NCBI GenBank assembly: GCA_951406725.2
Contig: OX597814.1
Location: 167,958,001-168,022,000 of the forward strand
From: Octopus vulgaris
Lineage: Eukaryota
Reading direction: 5' to 3'
DNA length: 64,000 nt
Under the pieces are notes generated by a model. The model was not told the origin of the DNA. It made no database searches and was given only the letters and a program-made list of their open reading frames with translations. The translations under genes were made by a program, and so were the position numbers. Numbering within the stretch: position 1 is the stretch's first letter; the number at the start of each line of letters is the position of its first letter. Below, piece by piece: positions 26,593-37,911 of the stretch.

Positions 26593-27695
26593 TTAAACTA
26601 TGAGAACCACAAGTTATTATTTTAGTTTGCTTTATTATTAAACATAAATTGCATAACAGGTAAATGAGCACATAAAGTACTCAGTTAACAAGGAATGGCA
26701 CCAAATACTGAAAATGTCTAGAGACATTTGGACATGCCAGCTAGATATCTGTGATCTAAAATACTTCAATGCTGACATAGGACTGGCATGTGATTGAGCA
26801 AAAATCTGCACACACATTTCAACTTAAGTTTGATGATAGTAATCCTATACATGGGAACAACAAACAAAAAACTCTCTTGTAGCAGTAGAACTTGTCTTTA
26901 GATATGAGTTATGCCATACCAAAAAAGTTTTATAAATGTTAAAGAAATTTCTTCTCTACTCTAGGCACAAGGCCCAAAATTTTAGATTGACCCCAGTATG
27001 CAACTAGTACTTAATTTATCGACCCTGAAAGGATGAAAGGCAAAGTCAACCGCAGTGGAATTTGAACTCAGAACGTAAAGACAGACGAAATACTGCTAAG
27101 CATTCACCCAGTGTGCTAATGATTCTGCTTGCTCGTTGCCCTAATGCTTAAGAAATATTGACTGAACAAAAACACCAGTGTAACATTTGTATTTGTAAAT
27201 AAATTTTGGGACAAGGTTAGCAATTCCAAGGGAGCAGGTAAGTTAATTATGTTGACCCCAGTGCTCAACTGGTACTCTTTTTTTTATTGACTCTGAAAGG
27301 ATAAAAGTCGACCTTGGTAGAATGTGAACTCAGAACATAAAAGATGGACAAAATGTCACTAAGCATTTTGCCTGGCATGCTAACAATTCCGCCAGCTCAC
27401 CACTTTATATTTGTGAATAAATATTACAATCACTGGACTCAATTTAAAATTATGAATAGCCTTTGCCCTTTTATGATGAAGTTAGTGAGAAGGAGCTGAA
27501 ATATCATAAAATCCTTCAAATGAATTGGCTACCTAAATGAGATCGCATTTCAGATAAATGCAGATCCAACTTAAAGTTCACTAACATTTTCAGTTATTGC
27601 TTTCTTTCACCGATTCAATTTATACAATACTATTATGGTGTACCCTTTTGTTTTAACTCCGTGAGTGTAGTGGGTGCTTTTTTTGTTTTTTTTTG

Positions 27696-27881
27696 TGCGG
27701 GTGGCACGTAAAAAGCACCCACTACACTCACGGAGTGGTTGGCGTTAGGAAGGGCATCCAGCCGTAGAAACACTGCCAGATCTGACTGGGCCTGACGAAG
27801 CCTTCCAGCTTCACAGACCCCAGTTGAACCGTCCAACCCATGCTAGCATGGAAAGCGGACGCTAAATGATGATGATGATGT
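27696..27881 (+). mobile_element. RTE-related 3'-end retroposon with (GAT)n tail (family C). Other copies: 42750-43320-, 43822-44225+, 47520-47775+, 55100-55455+, 56217-56370+
   Basis: GGTGGCACGTAAAAAGCACC...GTTGGCGTTAGGAAGGGCATCCAG...GGACGCTAAATGATGATGATG; the copy at 55100 is preceded by RTE-like C-terminal coding remnants. Confidence 0.75.
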
Positions 27882-28352
27882 AATCTAAAAGTTTATTTAT
27901 TGTAGAAGGGAAAGAAAAGAGAAAATAGGAAAGCTTCTGACAATGCAGAAAGTTTCACAAAATCTTTATATTTCAAGTGCAAAAATGTTTCTGGTTACTT
28001 TTGGATAACATTTTAATGTTACGTTTCTTATTGTTCGAATATATTAATGTTAAGATCCAGACCATTAGCTCATGGAATAAGAACAATCAACTTCATATGG
28101 TAGGATACTTTATTTTACATGCCCCAATTTAACCTAAATTTTGGAAACGGGTAAAAGACAATCTCATATTGGCATAACATTAAGGTATCTAGAACTAAGC
28201 ATCATTTTAATGGTCCACCAATACCCATAGAAATAAGTTAACTAATTCAGTATTTTGTTGTAGGAACCTATACCTCTGAAATTAGTCGTTGTTTCTATAT
28301 ACATTACTTATTTTCCTTTTAAAGTTCTCTCTTTAAAAGAGTAAATAAATAC

Positions 28353-29010
28353 CTTTTGTTTGTACCTCTTTGTTAATATTTTCTTGACTGTTCAATAAAT
28401 CTTCTTCAAAAGAGAAATTTTCTGGCTGTTGACCACAATCTAGAGATGCTGTATCTGGAATATTTTCGTTAGATTCAGTACCTTTTTCAAAAGTTTCATT
28501 TGAACATAAAGTCTGTTGTGTTTGTGCATCAGTCTTTGATTTTATGTTATCTTTTGGTGCCAGCGGCTGTTTCCTTGGCCTGCCAACTTTGCGCTTTTTT
28601 ATACTAGTTTGTTTTTGATCTTCATGAGTTGACGAATAAAGAGAATTTACGTAATTGATATAGCGTGGATGTTGCCTAACTTCACGGCCATGGAGGGAGA
28701 TCTGAGGTAGTAATAAATTACATGATATTCCTTTATCGACCATATCAGGTTTTATTAAAGTCTCTTTATGACAACTTGCATTCAGGTCCACATTACATTC
28801 TTTGTGTGTATATTCAGAGTCTAAAAGATGACGAAGAGCTTTTTCCAATTGTGTTAGGGCGATAAACGATCCTGAGACACTTGCTCCGTCAGTAGTCATA
28901 TTAACAGCAATTTTGTATTTTGACTGTAAATTATCCAAAAATGTCTGATTATTATGAGGTATTGCTTGCATTACTGATGATGATAATAGTCCTGTAAGAT
29001 GTGAAAATAT
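28353..29010 (-). CDS. C2H2 zinc-finger gene, exon 3 (AT-hook, possible KH-like module)
   Basis: tttcag|ATA...AAAG|gtattt; open frame with KRKVGRPRKQP AT-hook; phase 0 in, phase 1 out, matching neighbours. Confidence 0.88.
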
Positions 29011-29536
29011 CTGAAAATAGTAAAGAATATGCAGTTAGGAAAAGATGAAATAAATAATATAAAGTTAAAATTTAAAGAATTAAATATTAAGATGAAGATA
29101 AATAATTATTTCTATACTAACAAAAGCCACCGATTTGGAGGGAAGGATGTACTGCTTGTACTTGGAGGCAGTGTTCACCAGGTATAAGTTGAGTAGGCTC
29201 CGACCAGTGAATCCATAAGGATTACTCGACTCCAGATGACAGGCAAAATCAACAACCTTTCCACCTATGGGATTGTTGTTAGAATGTAAAGGGACGTAAC
29301 TAATGACCACAAAACATTTTGTTTCCTCAATATATGAGGACAAGATCAGAAATTACACATGGCCTGGAACAATGAAAGGCTAGGTTGACATCGGTAGGAT
29401 CTGAACTCACAATGTAAAGAGACATACAAATACTGCAAGGCTTTATTGTCCGATGTCCAACAAATTCAGTCAATTCACCGCTCTAACGAATAATTCAGAA
29501 GGAAAAAAAAGTTCATTAAAAAACCTGTAATATTAC

Positions 29537-29870
29537 CTCCCCTTGCTCATGAAGGACTGGATCGTATTTCCTCTCGTGCAAGTTGGCAGTAATTCCTTCG
29601 AAGGTTGTATCACCATTGGAAATAGCATTTGATTCTACACTTGCAGGATCTTCCTTCAACTGAATAAGGGTTGAATTTACAGTGTCTTCACTAAATGGTA
29701 TGAGTGTCTCAACAACAACACGTTGTGGAATATCATACTGTTCTAATCCAGAAACAGTCTGAAGAGTCAAATTTGTAGATGGTAAGTTACTCCATGGAAT
29801 TTGTCCTTCCTGGAAACAATCTGATGGCACTGATACGATTGTAAATGATGCTTGTTCAGGTAAATCATTT
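29537..29870 (-). CDS. C2H2 zinc-finger gene, exon 2
   Basis: attcag|A...GAG|gtaata; open frame NDLPEQASFTIVSVPSDC...LHEQGE; phase 2 in, phase 0 out. Confidence 0.82.
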
Positions 29871-30357
29871 CTGAATAGAAGTAATAGAAAATAAAAATTA
29901 AATTAAAAGTATTCTTGAAAATTAGAAGAATCTATAAACGCTCTTCTTTTGTAAAAGGGAAGGAGATATAATGAGCTCTGGTAAGAGAAGGTAGTGCCCA
30001 CGAGTATTCACTGGGTCTCCAAGACTGAATGGTGGAAGGGAGAAAGATATCCTCAAACCAGAGAATGCTTGCACCAGAGTGGATTGCTAAAGGCATCCAA
30101 AGCACCAGGAGGTGATGTTAAACTGAGTGACAAACTGAGTCTACTACCAAAGTAGGCTACAGTAGGATTTGAACCCAGAACAAATACTGCAAGACATCTG
30201 GTCAGAGGTTCTTAGACTTCCCCGAATCCACCAGCCTAGATTGCTATTTTTTGATTCCAAAAAAGATGAAATGCAAAGTTGATCCCAGTAGGAGTTGAAC
30301 TCAGAGCAGAGAAAGTCACAACAAATACAGTGAGGCATTTTATTTGATGTTCTAAAG

Positions 30358-30832
30358 CAGTGGTTCCCAAACGTTTTCGGGCTGCCACCCCCCTTGACAC
30401 CTAGGCCACATTTCTAGTGCCCCCACTTTAACTATCCATCACAAACATAGACCTCTTTCTGAAGCAAATTCAAAGCAACTGTATTTCACAAATAAAACTT
30501 ATGAACTATTATTTTATTGTTTTTACATGAATCACTACCTTTTACATTTTACATGATTCGCCACCCCATTACCACCCCACATTTTACATGAATCGCTACC
30601 CCATTATCCATTATTGCCCCACTCTTCTGCAACACCCCAGTGGGGAGGGGTAATACCTATTTCTTTACTACCCACAAGGGGCTAAACACAGAGGGGACAA
30701 ACAAGGACAGACAAACGGATTAAGTCGATTATATCGACCCCAGTGCGTAACTGGTACTTATTTAATCAGCCCCGAAAGGATGAAAGGCAAAGTCAACCTC
30801 GGCGGAAATACCACCCACTTTAGGAACCAATG
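30358..30832. mobile_element. hAT (Charlie-like) MITE containing a SINE-B insertion (30658-30806)
   Basis: TIRs CAGTGGTTCCCAAA / TTTAGGAACCAATG; 8-bp TSD TTCTAAAG / CTCTAAAG; inner SINE flanked by AATACC. Confidence 0.8.
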
Positions 30833-33536
30833 CTCTAAAGAATCTGCCAATTCACCATGTTTACTGGTATTACTTTATTGATGCTAAAGACAAAGTAGAG
30901 TCTGCTGGAATTCAAGCTCAGAGCTTTGAAGTTCAGAATCTGATATTATAAACTGTCAAGTGTAATGTTTAACCCCACACAAAAATTTTTAATAATGCAT
31001 ATATCATGCAAAGGAAAGGCCTAATAAGTATGAATTTGGTGCTACTTGAAAACTACTGGAAATGTTGCAACATGAAAGCTCTATATATCAGATGAACCCA
31101 TTGTACAATCCATTATAACAGGACTGTTGGATACATTTAGTTGGGAAGGGTTAAAAGAAGTCAGTGAAACCATGTGACCTAGTGGTTAGTGTTGAATTCC
31201 TGATTTTATGGTTGTATTTCAGTTCCCAGAATGGGTGGGCTGTTGTGCTCTTAAGTAAAATGCTTCATTTCATACTGCTCTTGTCCATTCCGTTGAAAAT
31301 GCATATGAGCAACAGCTGAGGATCAACTCTGCAAAAGGATTTCTTAGTCACTTATGCAACACAGAAACCAGAATAAGTTCCAGCCTGAAACTGTTGGTTT
31401 TAGACCAAAGCTAAGTAAGATAGAAGTTATCAAGTTAGGATGAGATAAAAGCTAAGATGAGGACAGTTTGGTGATGGGCCAAAGATTATAAATCACGAGA
31501 AAATACCTAGTAATCTAGCACATTACTTTTTATTATGCAGTCCAGAGTATGCCTGTACATAACGTGCACACTTGGACAAATGAGTTTTATATTTTTTGTT
31601 TAGAGTTGAGACACTCTGTCTTATGGAGAATATTTGATCAACATGGAAGGTTATCAGAGACTAGAAAACTTAACATTTTTACAGAAAGTGATGGTTTTAG
31701 CTGTGTTCATGATGCCATTTGAGATGTGTAGTACTGCATTTTGCTTCTGTTAAATGAGTCTGGACAACTAACTACCTATTTCTTTACTACCCACAAGGGG
31801 CTAAACACAGAGAGGACAAACAAGAACAGACAAACGCTATTTCTATACTACCCACAAGGGGCTAAACAAGAACAGACAAACGGATTAAGTCGATTATATT
31901 GACCCCAGTGCGTAACTGGTACTTATTTAATCGACCTCGAAAGGATGAAGAGCAAAGTCAACCTCGGCAGAATTTGAACTCAGAACGTAGTGGCAGACGA
32001 AATACCGCTAAGCATTTCGCCCGGTGTGCTAATGATTCTGCCAGCTCGGTGTGCTAACGATTCTGACAACTAACTACCAATGATAGAATGCTTTCTGAGT
32101 CTCAGTTCCTGGAGGACAAGCATGTCTGTCTGAGGAGTTGAGATTGAGTATAAAGCCTGTGTATTGGAAGGGAGAGAGAAGTACAATATTACCTACATAA
32201 GAGTGGCTGTGGTTAAAGGTAACATATAGGTTTTTTTGGGTTTTTTTAATATAGAGAAAGAAAAATGTGAAAGAGGTAACTAAGACCTGGTGTTCCTTCA
32301 ATGTGATAGAATTAAAATAGGAGAGAGCTTTATCACTAAACAATATGATGGAACAACCCGACTGGAAGCTTCTGACCTATATGACCAATGACAGATAAAT
32401 CTCAGCAGTAGGTAATTTTGCAAACAATGTTGCATGGCTGTGTGGTAAGTAGCTTGCTTATTAACCACATGGTTCCAGGTTCAGTCCCACTGCGTGAAAC
32501 CTTGGGCAAGTGTCTTCTACTATAGCCTCGGGTCGACCAAAGCCTTGTGAGTGGCTTTGGTAGACGGAAACTGAAAGAAGCCCGTCGTATATATGTATAT
32601 ATATATATGTGTGTGTGTATATGTTTGTGTCTGTGTTTGTCCCCCCCAACATCCTTGACAACTGATGCTGGTGTGTTTACGTCCCCATAACTTAGCGGTT
32701 CGACAAAAGAGACTGATAGAATAAGTACTAGGCTTACAAAGAATAAGTCCTAGGGTCGATCTGCTCGACTAAATGTGGTGCTCCAGCATGGCCGCAGTCA
32801 AAATGACTGAAACAAGTAAAAGAGTAAAGAGAGAGAGTCAGGACATAGCCAGATGTTTTGCATCATGGAGTATGCAGAATGGTCCTCAGCTGAAAACATG
32901 CAGTGGTAAATTGCATGAGGAGAGGTAGTAGAATCACCGACTGGAAGTTAAGTGTTTTTGTCATGTGCAAGTCACCATTTAAAGAATACAAAACTTCCTT
33001 CTTTTGGCTGGAAAAGTAGAAGCCTATTAACCATTCAATGTCTTTATCAATCAGGTCACATACACAGTATTAAATGAATATTAAGGTGGCAAGATGAAAG
33101 AATTGTTGGCATGCCAAGGAAATTGCTTAGCAGCATTTCATCTGTCTTTGCATTCTGGATTCAAATTCTGCTGAGGTTAATTTTGCCTTTCATCCTTTCA
33201 GAGTTGATGAAATAAATATTGGTTGAGCCCAGGGGGTCAAAATAATGGAAATTTCAGGTCTTGTGCCTATAGTAAAAAAGATTTTTAAATGAATACAGAA
33301 TAAGAGAGTGATAGAATAAGTACTAGGCTTAAGATACAAGTCATGGGGTCGATTTGTTCAACAAAAATTGTTTCAACATGGCCGCAATCAACTTTTACTT
33401 GTTTCAGTCGTTTGACTGTGGCCATGCTGGAGCACCGCCTTTAGTCGAGCCAATTAACCCCAGGACTTATTCTTTGCAAGCCTAGTATTTATTCTATCAG
33501 TCTCTTTTGCTGAACCGCTAAGTTACAGGGACGTAT

Positions 33537-33567
<31 letters not shown>

Positions 33568-35275
33568 CACACGTATACGACGGGCTTCTTTCAGCTTCCG
33601 TTTACCAAATCCACTCACAAGGTTTTGGTCGGCCCGAGGCTATATATTTCTTTATTGCCCACAAGGGGCTAAACATAGAGGGGACAAACAAGGACAGACA
33701 AAGGGATGAAGTCGATTACATCAACCCCAGTGCGTAACTGGTACTTTATTTATCGACCCCGAAAGTGGAAATTTGAACTCAGAACGTAATGGCAGACGAA
33801 ATACCGCTAAGCATTTCGCCCGGCGCGCTAACGTTTCTGCCAGCTCGCCACCTTCCGAGGCTATAGTAGAAGACACTTGCCCAAGGTACCACGCAGTGGG
33901 ACTGAACCCAGAACCATGTGATTGGTAAGCAGGCTACTTACCACACAGCCACTCCTACGCCTGTATGTGCATTAAAATTCTAATTTTCAAAGGTAAGAAT
34001 CCCATTGAATATACTGAATTGTCGACTAAGTAAATCTTTTATTGTTCACTTTTTCGTCTATTTGTATTCTATTCTGTGCCGGGCATGCACTTTTAGCTTT
34101 CAATACTCTCTTTACCTCCCACCACCACCACCAATTTAGCACACTGCATACAATAAGCTCATTTATATATTTTTAATTTATTAGAAAATTTTCGTTTTGA
34201 GTTACTTTATAAACATATTCCGCTATATTTTACTAAGATGATCAGTGTTCAAAAGAGCCCAGACATAGTTGCTGTTGATGTTAGGGTAAACAATAGGTTT
34301 TAAGAATTAATTCTAGAGTAATCAACACTTATTTCATGATGAGGTGTGTTGTTACTTACTGACTCCACGGTTTATTTTGGGAGGATGGGGAGCGTCAATA
34401 TGACAGGCTTGTTTGTTTATGCATCTCAAATATAATAAATACTGCAAGGAATTATGAACAATAAATGGTAATTTTTTTTTATACCCAATAAATTATACCG
34501 TCCCATATGGGTAATACATGTTATTACTGTCATGCTCCGAGAACCAACGAAAGGGGCCTGTCCCCGGTCAATCAATCTGCTAGAAATAATAACCAAATCT
34601 CCTCTAAATAACACCCTATGCTTTCAAAAACATAGAAACAATTTATACTAGAGTTGTAGGATTTTTAGTGACTTTATTAACTAAAATATTTCCAAAATTT
34701 TTTTTAATTACTTCTAGATTGCAACGTTTGAATTTCTATTCACTGGATGCCTTGAAAGAGCAAAAATAAGCTACTATTTAAATGCTATTGTTTTTAAAGT
34801 TAGCCGTGATCGAGCTGACTGCCAATCAAGAATGCCGATGATAAGCATCTTGTATTATTTTTCAGACCCGTCTTTTTCGTTTTATTTATCTTTTTATGAC
34901 AGCCAAGGGAAATTTGGCTGCTATTGCTAGCAGGTTGAACGTCTGCGCAGAGGCTTTCTCGCTATGTTATAAATTGGTGGAGTTATAACAACAAAATACT
35001 AAAAAAATATATTTCTGATCTATGGTAGTGTTTTTCATCGAATTTTTTGTTATCATTGAGAAGGTGGGGATCAAAAATATTATTTTGCAAAATTCTATAT
35101 TTCCGCTACATTTCACCCAATTTAAACAATGTAGTTGGGTAAAGTGTCAGATGTGACACAAAAGCCCGAAGAGAGAAACATGCGGACTGAATGGTAGATC
35201 CGGGCACCTAGCGAGCTCACTAGGAAATGGGATCTACACAGAGAAAACACGAACAAATGTAATTAGCATACTTAC

Positions 35276-35307
35276 TGATCAATATTATCATTTAAATCTT
35301 TTTCCAT
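35276..35307 (-). CDS. C2H2 zinc-finger gene, first coding exon (MEKDLNDNIDQ); assembled CDS 2211 nt, ~736 aa
   Basis: In-frame TAA immediately before the ATG; CA|gtaagt donor is phase 2, matching exon 2; total length divisible by 3. Confidence 0.72.
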
Positions 35308-35818
35308 TTATAAAAAATAAACAGCTAAATAAAAGCACTGAGCCAGAATTAGTTAGAAAATTAAAACACTCAATGTTTAAAAAATCCAACAAATAAACGG
35401 AAACTTTTTTTAATATTAGAAAGTGAGGTTAATGTAATCCTGTAATTTGATTGGTTAAGAATAAATATTTCTTTATGCTAGTTTATTTCTTAAAATTAAT
35501 ATTTTCCCTTTTATAAAGGTTAAATTTTACGAATTAAATCCTATTTATTTTTTCCTACTTATTTAAAACCACTTTTAAATTAAGTTATTAAATATAAGTA
35601 GAAAATATAATATATTTTTTTAATATTCTCATGTACATCGCAATGTCTGGCTTTCATTTGGAGAAGTAGCTGAATTGTAAATATGACATTTTAACTTATT
35701 TATGCTATTCTGAGAATATAATGTGTGCTATTATCAACGTCGTTTCTTCAATGTGAATTTCTTAAATACTATGTTAACGTTAAATTAGTGTAGACTTTTC
35801 TCATTTTTCCATTCATAA
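35308..35818. promoter_or_regulatory. Candidate bidirectional promoter and 5' UTR region shared by the zinc-finger gene (-) and MED24 (+)
   Basis: ZF ATG at 35307(-); plus-strand GTAAGT donor at 35819; inverted CCAAT box (ATTGG 35450-35454); repeat-free, with CpGs retained in the flanks. Confidence 0.55.
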
Positions 35819-36699
35819 GTAAGTATTTCACCCGGACATTTTCCAGTCTATTTCTGTTCTCTTTTTAACAATTATTTTGAATTTCTTCATTATTTATAAT
35901 ACTATTTTTAAATAGTACATTCAGCAAAAACATTCATTGATTTCTTTTTCTTTATTCTAATTATTGGCATAGACTAATATAAAGCATGGTTACGTTTTTA
36001 TGGCTATAATTTTCAAAACAAAGTTGGTATGTCTTTTTCCTGGTCGAGCGAACCTACGATCAAAGACATTCCAGCTATATAACCAGTCTATCTTATTTTT
36101 GAAATATAATGTCTATTTGTTCTAAACTCAACGATCGCTTAGATATATTCTTCCCTTTTTGTGTCGACAGATTTTGATTTGAATGCGATTTGGCGGCTAT
36201 TTCTACGAGCTTGGACGACTTCTGTCATGAAGAAAGGTGAGTTCTGACATTTCGAAAGGACCAACTGGAAACGTCACAACTCGCCTCATCTCACTGCACA
36301 CCGACTTACCATATTTTACAATTTTAGTAACCTTTCTCTTTTTTTTTTTTTTTTTTTATATATACTGGTGCAGATCTCCCTTGTGTGATCCTTTGAGTTT
36401 TCTATTCCAGTTTCACTTTTGCCAATGGCTGCTAGTATCATCTTGTTTAGCGGCCGGCAAGTTTTTTACTTTGACTTGTTGTTATTGTTCATTTTATTTG
36501 TTTGTATGTGCTTATGCGTATCTGTGCATGCACATGCTATTAAATTACGTTCCCTATTCCATTTACTTAAGCATTCAGTCACTCTGCCTGAACTCTCTTG
36601 GGAGGGTCTATATAATTAGATCAATTTAGAATTTGTCATATAATTCGTCAACATCGAGAAAACCTCCGTCAGGGTCCCTCACTCTGTGATCAGTGGCCC

Positions 36700-36990
36700 C
36701 CGAAGAAGCTAGAGGTTGAGCCATTCAAACAATATACAGGGGGTGCTGTCACTAAGATGATAGCCACGAATTTAGTGTACATGTAGAAGTTCACTAGGGC
36801 TCGATTTTCAATGCCCTCCTATTCGTTATTGTTCTTCAAGTCATAACAGAAAAGCTTATAACTGGTTGCCCCTGAACTACTACTATATGCTGGTGACCTT
36901 ATTTTTTTTATTATAGAATCGTAAGAGGAATTAGAAAAGACATTCCAGATGCGAAAAGCAAAACCTAGCTTCAAAGAGCCTTCACAAGTA
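36700..36990 (+). mobile_element. Degenerate RTE RT fragment
   Basis: EFSVHVEVH*GSIFNALLFVIVLQVITEKLITGCP..LLYAGDL, a decayed GVHQGSVLSPLLF...LLYADDL. Confidence 0.65.
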
Positions 36991-37911
36991 AACAGCGTTC
37001 TACACCAAAGTAAAATATTCTTGTTTCATAGAAACTGAAATGATGACAAATTGAAATTATAACTGTCTTGTGTTTAGTTTCTTGTTACTGCTAAAAAAAA
37101 AAACATTAGTTTGTAAGCCTTACAAACTAGTACTAATTTTGCCACTGTCCAAAATATTCAAGATTTGTCTGAGGGCGGTGTAAAGCCTTCTCAGATCAGT
37201 TTGTGATTTGATAAATTTTAATACCCCCTACAATACTCTATACTTTTACCCCCAGTCTTTCTCAGCAGACATGAAGACAAGAAACCCTCCTTCCAAGGCA
37301 ATCTTAAATTCTCAGAAAGTTCGTCCAGGTATGATATTCTACTCCTCTAGGAAAAACTAATATAATTAAGCAACTGCTTTCAGGTGTTTTTTGCCTGGGG
37401 GAAATTAACACTTTCAAATCATTAACACTTCACATCCAAAATTCCAGTATTGGCATCACTTAAATCATCTTGATTATTCAAAACACTGGAAATCAGTCGA
37501 TATATTTTATTGTTTGCAAATAGGAAATTGTACTATGGAACATTTATTTGCAACATTGACGCTAAAATAACTACCTTCCATTCCAACTTGAGATTAATAA
37601 TCCAACAGATCCATGAGTTAGCTGATGCTGCCTTCTTCTTGTGAATAGTCCACACACTTTTGCAAATAACCCTATTCTGGCCATATATTCTTGAATAGAA
37701 AACTTATGGGTCCTCAACCATTGATAGTCTTATTTTAAATGTCTGCTGTGCATCATTAAGATTCAGCAAACTACTTGCATATAAACATCACATGTCTCAA
37801 ATGTGCTTAACACCATAACTAACAGAAATTCATGTGCAGAAATACAAACCAGACTAACACTTGCAAAGATTTTTTTTTTATGCTTTAAACCAATGGCAAA
37901 TAATTCTTATA

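Noticed and set aside
31560-33060. L2/CR1-type LINE remnant on the minus strand (LSPFQY.GF-like)
   Set aside because: Only one weak motif is recognisable; boundaries cannot be supported.
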